This document shows positions 31,938-39,709 of a DNA stretch of 64,000 nt, piece after piece. The DNA is from Nitrospirota bacterium (GTDB lineage: Bacteria; Nitrospirota; Thermodesulfovibrionia; Thermodesulfovibrionales; UBA9159), in assembly GCA_963699545.1 (NCBI GenBank), contig CAVOUE010000003.1:384001-448000 (forward strand), read 5' to 3'. The notes beneath the pieces are model-generated. The model was not told the origin of the DNA. It did no database searches and was given only the letters and a program-made list of their open reading frames with translations. The translations under genes and the position numbers were made by a program. How positions within the stretch are numbered: position 1 is the stretch's first letter; each line of letters begins with the position of its first letter.

Positions 31938-32512
31938 TGAGGGTGATTGCATTCCATGGCAGTCCGAGGGTTGAAGGGAATACCGAGATCCTGCTCAAGG
32001 AGACGTTGAAGGCGGTAAGCGAACTCTCCTGCGAAACACAACTCTTTATGCTGAACTGCATGAATATCAAACCGTGTCAGGATTGCGGCGGTTGCGAAAA
32101 AACAGGGGCCTGCATCATCAGTGATGATATGAATGACATCTCCCGGGCCATACGGGAGGCGGACAGGATTGTCCTCGCCTCCCCTATTTTCTTCTTCGGT
32201 CTGAGTGCCCAGGCAAAGATCATGATCGATCGGTGCCAGGCCTTCTGGTGCGAGAAATATCTCTTAAAAAGACCTGTCCCGTCAGGTCCTCACGGGAGAA
32301 AGGGACTTCTCCTCCTGGTCGGAGGGATGAAAAAAGAGATTGGCATTCAGTGTGCAGAGGCGACCGCAGCGGCATTTTTCAGAACCATAAGCGTTCCGGA
32401 ACACAGGACGCTGAGCTTTCTTGGTGTTGATGCCAAGGGGGCGATTCTTGAGCATCCCGAGGCGCTGAAGAGTGCATTTGAAGCGGGCAAGGACCTTGTA
32501 AAGGTCGCATGA
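31937..32512 (+). CDS. Iron-sulfur flavoprotein (flavodoxin / NADPH-FMN reductase family)
   Basis: GSPRVEGNT, PCQDCGGC...C, ASPIFF, IDRCQ. Confidence 0.88.
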   Translation: MRVIAFHGSPRVEGNTEILLKETLKAVSELSCETQLFMLNCMNIKPCQDCGGCEKTGACIISDDMNDISRAIREADRIVLASPIFFFGLSAQAKIMIDRCQAFWCEKYLLKRPVPSGPHGRKGLLLLVGGMKKEIGIQCAEATAAAFFRTISVPEHRTLSFLGVDAKGAILEHPEALKSAFEAGKDLVKVA

Positions 32513-32679
32513 GGGCATTGAATTCGCTCAATGCGTGACGGTCGTTATCCTCCTTTTCCAGAATGAATACAACACGATCACAGCCCCCTTCGTGAGTTTA
32601 CAAAAATCATAGGTATGGTATAAACTAACGTCGTTCTGATGAGAGGGGCGGATGCCCCGAATGCTCATCGGTTGCTTTT

Positions 32680-32750
32680 TGGGGAGTCGTCCAATGGCAG
32701 GACGGCAGACTCTGGATCTGCTTATAGGGGTTCGAATCCTCTCTCCCCAG
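32680..32750 (+). tRNA. tRNA-Gln(CTG)
   Basis: TGGGGAG/CTCCCCA acceptor stem; GCAGA-CTCTGGA-TCTGC anticodon arm; GGTTCGAATCC. Confidence 0.95.
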
Positions 32751-32797
32751 TCATCCGGGGTCCCTGAAAGATCGAAGATTTTTTGGGGTGCCCATTT

Positions 32798-32873
32798 GGT
32801 CCCATCGTCTAGAGGCCTAGGACGTGGCCCTCTCAAGGCTAAAACACGGGTTCGAATCCCGTTGGGACCGCCA
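32798..32873 (+). tRNA. tRNA-Glu(CTC)
   Basis: GGTCCCA/TGGGACC acceptor stem; anticodon loop CTCTCAA; GGTTCGAATCC; encoded CCA. Confidence 0.95.
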
Positions 32874-33077
32874 GCACGCCTGTCAGATCCCCGTTCACTC
32901 TCTGTTTCTTCTCTGTCTCACCATCGAACGCGTGGGTGCGCACACCGGGAAAGATCATCATCTGAAGAGAAATGCCTTTCGCGGAACGAACGGGAGCACG
33001 AGCGAAAAGAACAAAGCATACGTGGCTCCGCTCAGGTGCTCTTTCCCGAAGGCCAACGGGACCGCGGGGTTCTTCAA

Positions 33078-33191
33078 CGTAGTTCACTTAATAAAACGAT
33101 TGTTCTTTATTTAGCATCGTTCACAAAGAAGCACTATCTGTTGTTTCATACGGATCGTTCACAATAATGCATTATCTGTTCTTTATTGCAA
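33078..33191. repeat. About three imperfect 38-bp tandem repeats upstream of a sigma70-type promoter
   Basis: ATCGTTCACAAAGAAGCACTATCTGTTGTTTCATACGG (33116) and ATCGTTCACAATAATGCATTATCTGTTCTTTATTGCAA (33154); degenerate copy at 33078; TTGACA at 33200. Confidence 0.75.
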
Positions 33192-33238
33192 TTTTTTTGT
33201 TGACAAATTAACTTTTTTAGTATATAACTATACCAGGA

Positions 33239-33790
33239 ATGAAAATGTTAAAGAGTTTATTCTCCTCATCCATCAGGGCAGATGTCCTTTCACTGCTCCT
33301 CAACAGTCCCGACGAGAAATTCTATGTCCGTGAGATCGCAAAGCTGCTCAGAAAAAATCCCTCAGGCGTAAAGCGCGAACTCGACAACCTTGAACAGATG
33401 GGGATCGTGCTCAGTGAAAAGGTTGCTAATCTTAAGTACTTCCAGGCGAACAACGAGTCACCTCTCTTCTCGGAGCTGAAGAATCTTATTACCAAATCCC
33501 TCGGATTGCCGGGTGCCATTAAGGCGGTTATCAGGGCATCCGGCGCCAAGGCTGCCTTTATCTATGGTCCATACGCAGAAGGTGAAGATGTGGACACCGT
33601 TGATCTGTTTATCATCGGGGCCTCACCCGTGGTATTAAAGGGACTGAAGGATCTGCAAAGGAAGTTTAACCAGAAGATAAATTGCACATTGATGGACGAG
33701 GACGAGTATAAGACCAAGCGGAAGAAAAAGGATGCAGCACTGAGAAGGCTCCTTTCAGGAAAGCGGATCGCGCTTATCGGAAGGACTTAG
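33239..33790 (+). CDS. Winged-HTH protein fused to a degenerate minimal nucleotidyltransferase domain
   Basis: LFSSSIRADVL...FYVREIAK...VKRELDNLE (wHTH); AFIYGPYAEG..DTVDLFIIG in place of GS..G...DxD. Confidence 0.8.
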   Translation: MKMLKSLFSSSIRADVLSLLLNSPDEKFYVREIAKLLRKNPSGVKRELDNLEQMGIVLSEKVANLKYFQANNESPLFSELKNLITKSLGLPGAIKAVIRASGAKAAFIYGPYAEGEDVDTVDLFIIGASPVVLKGLKDLQRKFNQKINCTLMDEDEYKTKRKKKDAALRRLLSGKRIALIGRT

Positions 33791-33836
33791 TTCAGGCTTC
33801 CCCGATTTTTCGGGGATAGAAAGGGGGTGAAGAATA

Positions 33837-33911
33837 ATGGCGACAAAGAAGGCAGCAGCAAAGAAACCGGCGGCGAAGAAGACCGCAAAGAAGACCGCAA
33901 AGAAGAAATAA
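33837..33911 (+). CDS. 24-aa histone H1-like Lys/Ala peptide MATKKAAAKKPAAKKTAKKTAKKK (below ORF-track cutoff)
   Basis: Strong SD AAGGGGGTGA 6 nt upstream of ATG; clean ORF; terminator follows. Confidence 0.75.
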   Translation: MATKKAAAKKPAAKKTAKKTAKKK

Positions 33912-33930
33912 GGAAAGTCTTGTGGAGACT

Positions 33931-33968
33931 CAGGGCTGGAGAAGAGATTCTCCAGCCCTCTTTTTTTG
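33931..33968 (+). terminator. Intrinsic terminator
   Basis: AGGGCTGGAGAA-gaga-TTCTCCAGCCCT followed by a T-run. Confidence 0.88.
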
Positions 33969-34058
33969 CGGTCTTCAATTTGCGGTCTTCGTAGATATGA
34001 AACCCGATTTCGAGAAAAAATTCAAGAGAAATTTGTAACGTATTGAAACTAAAGGGTT

Positions 34059-34937
34059 TTAGAGATGAAGCTGGGCCTGTGGCTGTTCAAGCTTCTGATA
34101 CAATCTCCCAGCACTCCGGACAGGAGATGACTTCTTCATGAACTTCAGATTCGTTGAGTGTCCTGCTTTGTTGGAGAGTATGTGGCCGTATATGGGAAAG
34201 CCGATCAGCGAAAAATCACCGATGGAATCCAGTATCTTATGCCGCACGAACTCATCCTTGAATCTGAGTCCAGAAGAGTTCAGCACGCCGTCATCACCAA
34301 GAATTATGGCGTTGTTAAGAGAGCCTCCCTTTGCGAGCCCGTTTGCCATCATATACTGGACGTCCTTGAGGAAACCAAAGGTCCGGGCGGGCGCGACCTC
34401 CTTTATAAAGGTCTCTTCATTCAGTTCCACGCTCAGGTTCTGCTCCCCGAGGAGGTGATGGGTGAAATGTATCCTAAAAGTGATTTTTCTCCCTTCATAG
34501 GGGAAGACGGCTATTTCGGCGTGACCGTCCTCCATAAGGAGCGGTTTTATTATCCTCATGTACGGCATCTTCTTGCCCTGTTTAGCGATACCTCCCTGCA
34601 AAATGATGCTCACCAATTCAGTGGAACTTCCGTCGAGTATTGGTATTTCAGGACCGTCCACCTCAATGATCAGGTTGTCAATGCCCAAACCGGCCAGGGC
34701 GGCAAGAATATGCTCAACGGTCTTGATCTTGACGTTGCCGCTGCCCAGAGTTGTCGCAAATGCAGTATCAGTAACAGCGCCGATATGGGACCTGATCACC
34801 GTCATTCTGTCCACCCGGTTGAAGATAATCCCCGAGTCCCGGGGAGCAGGTTTCAGCGTGACGGTAGCATGCCTTCCCGTATGGAGGCCAATACCGCTAA
34901 AGCTCACTTCTTGTCTGAGGGTCCTTTGTAAACGCAT
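34059..34937 (-). CDS. lpxC: UDP-3-O-acyl-GlcNAc deacetylase LpxC (C-terminus possibly frameshifted)
   Basis: QRTL, GIGLHTG, TVEHILAAL, PILDGSS, ARTFGF, HKILD, KAGH. Confidence 0.96.
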   Translation of the reverse strand: MRLQRTLRQEVSFSGIGLHTGRHATVTLKPAPRDSGIIFNRVDRMTVIRSHIGAVTDTAFATTLGSGNVKIKTVEHILAALAGLGIDNLIIEVDGPEIPILDGSSTELVSIILQGGIAKQGKKMPYMRIIKPLLMEDGHAEIAVFPYEGRKITFRIHFTHHLLGEQNLSVELNEETFIKEVAPARTFGFLKDVQYMMANGLAKGGSLNNAIILGDDGVLNSSGLRFKDEFVRHKILDSIGDFSLIGFPIYGHILSNKAGHSTNLKFMKKSSPVRSAGRLYQKLEQPQAQLHL

Positions 34938-34955
34938 AAAACTACTCATTTAAGT

Positions 34956-34972
34956 TGCAAAGAAGATGCCAG
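34956..34972 (-). promoter_or_regulatory. Sigma54 (-24/-12) promoter motif for lpxC
   Basis: Minus strand CTGGCATCTTCTTTGCA fits YTGGCACGnnnnTTGCW with exact spacing. Confidence 0.65.
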
Positions 34973-35074
34973 AAAAAAACCTTTTAGTTAAAGGGGTTTC
35001 AGTTGAAAAGTGTTGTTTATATTCTTCAAGTGTCTAATAAATGCAACACTCTTCAGCCGGAAGATATCTAGGCG

Positions 35075-36457
35075 GCTTAGAACTTCACCACCAACTACCA
35101 TCTCGCGAATCCTCAAGGTTGGCATTGCGTCTGATACCGGCACCCCCTGGGCGTCCTTTCCGCACGTACCGATGGAGAAACCCAGGTCCGAGGCTATCAG
35201 GTCAATGCATTAAGAACACAGGGTCCGTTGCCGGCGAGGTGGCTTCCCTACTGGTTCGCCGATGACGCCGTTATCTATCATGTACCCTTCCTGGACCTCA
35301 AAGACGAAATCTCCGGTGACGGTATTCACCTGTCCTCCCCCCATTCTTTTTACGAAGAGACCCTCCGGAGTGGATTTTACCACTTCATCGGAGGTGGTAT
35401 CTCCCGGTGCGATGAACGTGTTGGACATCCTTGGCAGAGGCCTATGCCGATAGGATTCGCGTCTCCCGTTCCCGGTGGATGCTACCCCATCCCTGGCAGC
35501 CGTAAACTTGTCATACATATAGCTGCTCAGTATGCCCCTGTCCACAAGAACGGTCCTCTGGGAGGGAGTACCTTCGTCGTCGAAACGGTAGGAGCCCCTC
35601 TTATGGGGGAGTGTTGCATCGTCTATGACCGTGACGAGTCTGGATGCCACCTCACGGCCTAATTGATGAGAGTACACCGACAGTCCGTACTGTGCAAGGT
35701 CTGCTTCAAGTCCGTGGCCGATTGCCTCATGGATCATGGTACCGCCGGCATCCGAAGATATGACCACAGGCATTCTGCCCCCCGGTGCCCTTCTGGCCCG
35801 AAGCATCATGAGCGCCCTGCGGGATGCCTTGAGGGAAAGTTCCTCCACCGATACACTGTCGAACAGCTCAAACCCGATGTGACCGCCGGCAGTTTCGTGC
35901 CCCGTCTGAATTACCCCGTTCTCCGATGCGATGACATGGACCATGGAAAGGGTATGGACGCGCTCATCCTCTGCAATAATTCCTTCTGAGGTAACGATGT
36001 AAACCCGCTGAATGAAGTCACGATAATGTGCCGATACCTGTTTGATGCGGCTGTCAGATGAACGGGCTGCACGGTCCGCCCTATGCACAAGATCGACCTT
36101 CGCCGCCATAGGTATGGTGTCCGGGAATTTTTCAATGACCAAGTCCGTCCCGGGCCTTGCCTTCCTGAGGTCAAACAGAGGGTTGGAAGGCCCCTTGACC
36201 GCTTTCCCGAGGGTCTCAGCAAGTTCCGTGAGGGATTCTTCAGATGCGTCATTGCAGAAGGCATAGGAACTCTTCCCTTCCCATATCAGTCTTATCCCGA
36301 CCCCGCTGTCCACCCCGGTCGAGACCTTCTCCACTTTTTTATCTTCCAGGTGAATGGACGTTGTCCTCTTCTGTTCAAGGAAGATATCGGCATATTCACC
36401 GCCACGGGACAACACCTTTTTCAATACGTTTCGGTACAGATCAGGATCGAGCACCAT
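35075..36457 (-). CDS. tldD: TldD/PmbA-family metalloprotease (frameshifts near 35210-35255; end approximate)
   Basis: HEAIGHGLEAD, DDEG, TGNGRRESY, PRMSNT; CGKDAQGVPVSD follows in another frame. Confidence 0.9.
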
Positions 36458-36610
36458 AAACCCTCTCTTCTTGGCTACTGGACTTCCGGGAGGTTTCTAT
36501 TATAGCATTATACCGATGCGGGAAGGAGCCGGTGAGGGAAGGGATTCAGACAATCAGGAGAAGGCATCTTTGTATCCCGGAATTCCTGAGCTTCAAGAAA
36601 GGGTGAGTCT

Positions 36611-37396
36611 ATGCCGAAAGTCGGAATGATTGCGGGAAGCGGTTTTCATGAGATTGAAGGGGTCGAAATCAAGGAGCTGAAAAAAGTGACGACTCCGTAT
36701 GGAGAACCCTCCGATTTGTACCGGCTTTGCGAGCTATCAGGGAGAGAAGTCGTTTTCTTGTCGCGCCACGGAACCCCTCACCATATCCCTCCGCACATGA
36801 TTAATTATCGGGCGAACATGTGGGGCTTCAGAGAACTTGGCGTAGAGCGTATCTTGTCGGTGAATGCGGTGGGAGGGATAAACCGGGAACTGGGACCGGG
36901 AGATATGGTGATACCGGACCAGATCATTGATGTGACTCACGGAAGGGCCTCGACATTTTTTGATCGCGATGAGGTGATTCACATAGATTTTACTCATCCT
37001 TTTTGCAGTGAGATCAGGGACTCTCTTATCACTGCCGGCAGGAAGTTGAAAATATCACGGGAAGAAGATGGTACCTACGTGTGCGTGAATGGACCTCGTC
37101 TCGAAAGCAAGGCAGAGATAGAACATTTCTCGTCCATGGGCGCCGATATCGTAGGCATGACCGTAATGCCTGAAGCCCCTCTGGCCAGGGAACTGGAGAT
37201 CTGCTTTGCCGGTATCGCTGTGGTCACGAACTATGCAGCGGGCATACATGATAAACGACTGACCACCGCTGAAGTTGTGGAAACCATGAAGACCTCTAAA
37301 GAACGACTCAAAGACCTCCTGACAGAGACACTCAAGCTTATTCCGGAAGTCAGGAAATGCAGCTGTCAACATGCGCTGAAAGACGCTCGGATGTAA
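36611..37396 (+). CDS. mtnP: 5'-methylthioadenosine/inosine phosphorylase
   Basis: TPYGEPS, RHG, NYRAN, GPRLES.AE, VGMT, VTNYAAG. Confidence 0.9.
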   Translation: MPKVGMIAGSGFHEIEGVEIKELKKVTTPYGEPSDLYRLCELSGREVVFLSRHGTPHHIPPHMINYRANMWGFRELGVERILSVNAVGGINRELGPGDMVIPDQIIDVTHGRASTFFDRDEVIHIDFTHPFCSEIRDSLITAGRKLKISREEDGTYVCVNGPRLESKAEIEHFSSMGADIVGMTVMPEAPLARELEICFAGIAVVTNYAAGIHDKRLTTAEVVETMKTSKERLKDLLTETLKLIPEVRKCSCQHALKDARM

Positions 37397-37543
37397 ATTG
37401 GCTGCTCCACTTTGTTCATAGATCATTTTTTTTATTCTCCCATCGATTCCCGCACTATGAAGCACATGTTCCCTCCTGAAAATCTTGCTTTTCTGAAACT
37501 TGTCATTTGCCATGGCTTACGAGCGGATATCAGCGGTTTCTTC

Positions 37544-37573
37544 TTGACATCGGTCCGACAAGCAAGGTATAAA
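37544..37573 (+). promoter_or_regulatory. Putative cassette-array promoter (Pc-like)
   Basis: TTGACA-N18-TATAAA pointing into the attI-like site. Confidence 0.5.
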
Positions 37574-37738
37574 AAGGGTGATTCTTCGAGGGGGGTCGTT
37601 TGTTAGACAGAAAACTCGATAACACCACAAAAGTAATATTAGCCGATCACGATAGCACGATAGAACAATCAGTTACGCCGGAAGTAATGTCTATGGTAGA
37701 TTGGGGAGACCGGAAAATTCCGGAGTTATCGAGAAACT

Positions 37739-37757
37739 ATCTAATAACTGGTTAGAC
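37739..37757 (+). other. Integron attI-like recombination site
   Basis: ATCTAAT-AACTG-GTTAGAC: L box, 5-bp spacer and GTTRRRY R box, the attI1 layout; 36 nt before first cassette ATG. Confidence 0.65.
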
Positions 37758-37793
37758 TACACTGAAGAATGATACTTACTAGAGGAACGTCCT

Positions 37794-38375
37794 ATGATAT
37801 ACCGACAAGATAACGAATTTGAAGACAAATCAATAGAGTTGAAAGATCCTATACGAACGCTCCTTCTGCGATGGAGGAGAAATTGCTTGCGCAGTCAAAT
37901 TGCTAATTATGATGCCGCAAACTGGTTTTCGAAAGCTAATTATTGGATTGGCATTCCAGCAACATTTCTTGCTGCGGGGGTTGCCACAAGCATGTTCGCA
38001 ACACTTCAGACTCAGCTTTCAACGTGGGCGAAGATAAGTTTTGGACTCCTAAGTGCTCTGGCGGCCCTACTTGCTGCGTTACAAACCTTTCTCCGATTAG
38101 AAGATCGTTCCAATAAACACCGAGCGTCCGCGGGCAAATATGGCAGTGTGAAACGTGAAATTGATTTATTGCTTGCTAAGACTCAATCAGATCAATCCAT
38201 TTCGGAAGTAGACGTAGAGTCAATTCGAAAGCGTATGGATTCCTTGGCGAAGGACGCTCCTGAAATGCCTGAACGTTTCTGGCAAGGCGTTCATCAAAAG
38301 GTACCACCCAGAGCAGAAGAAGACCATAGCCTTGCATCTCTAGCTGAGGATAATAAGTTAAAGGAACAGCCATGA
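37794..38375 (+). CDS. SLATT-family two-TM effector protein (cassette gene 1)
   Basis: ANYDAANWF..ANYWIGIP, two TM helices, LQTFL....RSNKHRASAGKYGSVKREI. Confidence 0.8.
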   Translation: MIYRQDNEFEDKSIELKDPIRTLLLRWRRNCLRSQIANYDAANWFSKANYWIGIPATFLAAGVATSMFATLQTQLSTWAKISFGLLSALAALLAALQTFLRLEDRSNKHRASAGKYGSVKREIDLLLAKTQSDQSISEVDVESIRKRMDSLAKDAPEMPERFWQGVHQKVPPRAEEDHSLASLAEDNKLKEQP

Positions 38376-39370
38376 TGACAAACGAGTATATTCCTGGACT
38401 CGGTCTAATTCCTAACGACGCTGGAATGTATGGAATTGAAAAGACATCCGATGGGCGCTTTAGAGCTGGTGAACATGGGGTCAGATTTATAATATCGACT
38501 GGTGATAGGAAGGTAGAGTTTGTGTCATTCAATACTCATACCCTTGCCTATGTAAAATCAGCAATGGGGTATCCGGCCTATTATCCCGTTCATGATGTCA
38601 AACTTGAGAAGCCAATCAGAGGTCTGCTGCTCGATCTCGATGGGACCATCATACGAAGCGAGAACTTTTGGATCTGGATTATCGAGAAGACCATCGCAAG
38701 TCTTCTTGAGGATCCAGACTTCAGACTCAAAAAAGACGACATAATCCATGTTTCAGGGCAAAGTGTATCAGAGCACCTTCAATACTGTATCACGGAATAT
38801 TGTCCAGAAAAGACTTTAGAAGACGCACGGAAATGGTATTTCAAACATACTCAATACGAAACGAGCGAAATCATAAAAGGACGTGGGGTAAAGGAGGCTT
38901 TTAAGCCTTCGCCGGGTATTAAAGATTTTCTACTTGCCCTAAGAGAGATGGGAGTAAAGATCGGCCTCGTTACTTCAGGGCTATATGAAAAGGCATGGCC
39001 TGAAATTATTTTTGCAGCACATAGTCTTAAGATAGAAAAGCCTCAGGATTTCTTTCATGTAATTATCACCGCAGGATTTCCACTCCGCAATGGGGCACCC
39101 GGAACCCTTGCCGAACTTCCGGCCAAGCCACATCCTTGGCTCTATGCGGAGGCAGCACGGATAGGTTTCGGCTTTCCGTTTGAAGAAAGACATCACGTCG
39201 TAGGCATTGAAGATAGCGGTGTAGGCATCTGTTCAATACGGCTTGCGGGCTTTTCCGCGATCGGTATTAGTGGCGGCAATATTGTTGACAGCGGCACTAA
39301 AGCGCTTTGTACAAATTATTGCGAGAGCTTTGAAGACATTCTTTTTGTTATAAGAAGGTATGTGATTTGA
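38372..39370 (+). CDS. HAD-family phosphatase with N-terminal extension (cassette gene 2)
   Basis: DLDGT, LVTSG, AKPHP, IEDS motifs; ATGA overlap with SLATT gene. Confidence 0.88.
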   Translation: MMTNEYIPGLGLIPNDAGMYGIEKTSDGRFRAGEHGVRFIISTGDRKVEFVSFNTHTLAYVKSAMGYPAYYPVHDVKLEKPIRGLLLDLDGTIIRSENFWIWIIEKTIASLLEDPDFRLKKDDIIHVSGQSVSEHLQYCITEYCPEKTLEDARKWYFKHTQYETSEIIKGRGVKEAFKPSPGIKDFLLALREMGVKIGLVTSGLYEKAWPEIIFAAHSLKIEKPQDFFHVIITAGFPLRNGAPGTLAELPAKPHPWLYAEAARIGFGFPFEERHHVVGIEDSGVGICSIRLAGFSAIGISGGNIVDSGTKALCTNYCESFEDILFVIRRYVI

Positions 39371-39495
39371 CAAATGAAAAGCTGTCGCACGGTAAGGGGT
39401 CTTGCATAGCATATTTCTGTCCTAATCTAGTACACGGAGTATGGGACGATGCCAATTTAAATAACTTATTAAACGATGGCGAATCGGCAAGAGAG

Positions 39496-39674
39496 CTCTA
39501 ACCAGGCGCACAAGCCGTCAAGCGGCTTAGCTTGTTGTTCCCATCCGGCGCTTCGCGCCGAACGGGAATGCGGCGGTAAGCGTCGACTGCCTGTCCTCGG
39601 CGCAAAGCGCCTGCGGGAACCAGGCAGTCAAGACGGACAAGCCCTTCGGGCGGCCGCTTACCGCCGCATTGGGC
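39496..39674 (+). repeat. attC-like composite palindrome
   Basis: Begins CTCTAAC and ends ATTGGGC; internal 16-bp perfect IR AATGCGGCGGTAAGCG/CGCTTACCGCCGCATT plus nested hairpins. Confidence 0.7.
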
Positions 39675-39709
39675 ACTAATATTAGTAAATAGAGATGGAG
39701 GGTAATAAA

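Noticed and set aside
32528-33167. ORFs of 82-171 aa overlapping the tRNA region
   Set aside because: They overlap two clear tRNA genes and have no recognisable protein features.
33078-33191. Possible CRISPR mini-array
   Set aside because: The units are contiguous degenerate tandem repeats without unique spacers, and there are no cas genes.
33787-33978. Minus-strand 63-aa ORF with SSLRSSLRSS repeats
   Set aside because: It is the antisense shadow of the Lys-rich peptide and its terminator; the SD and terminator support the + strand.
37055-37513. Minus-strand ORF beside the attI-like site as a possible integrase remnant
   Set aside because: It has no tyrosine-recombinase motifs and mostly overlaps mtnP antisense.
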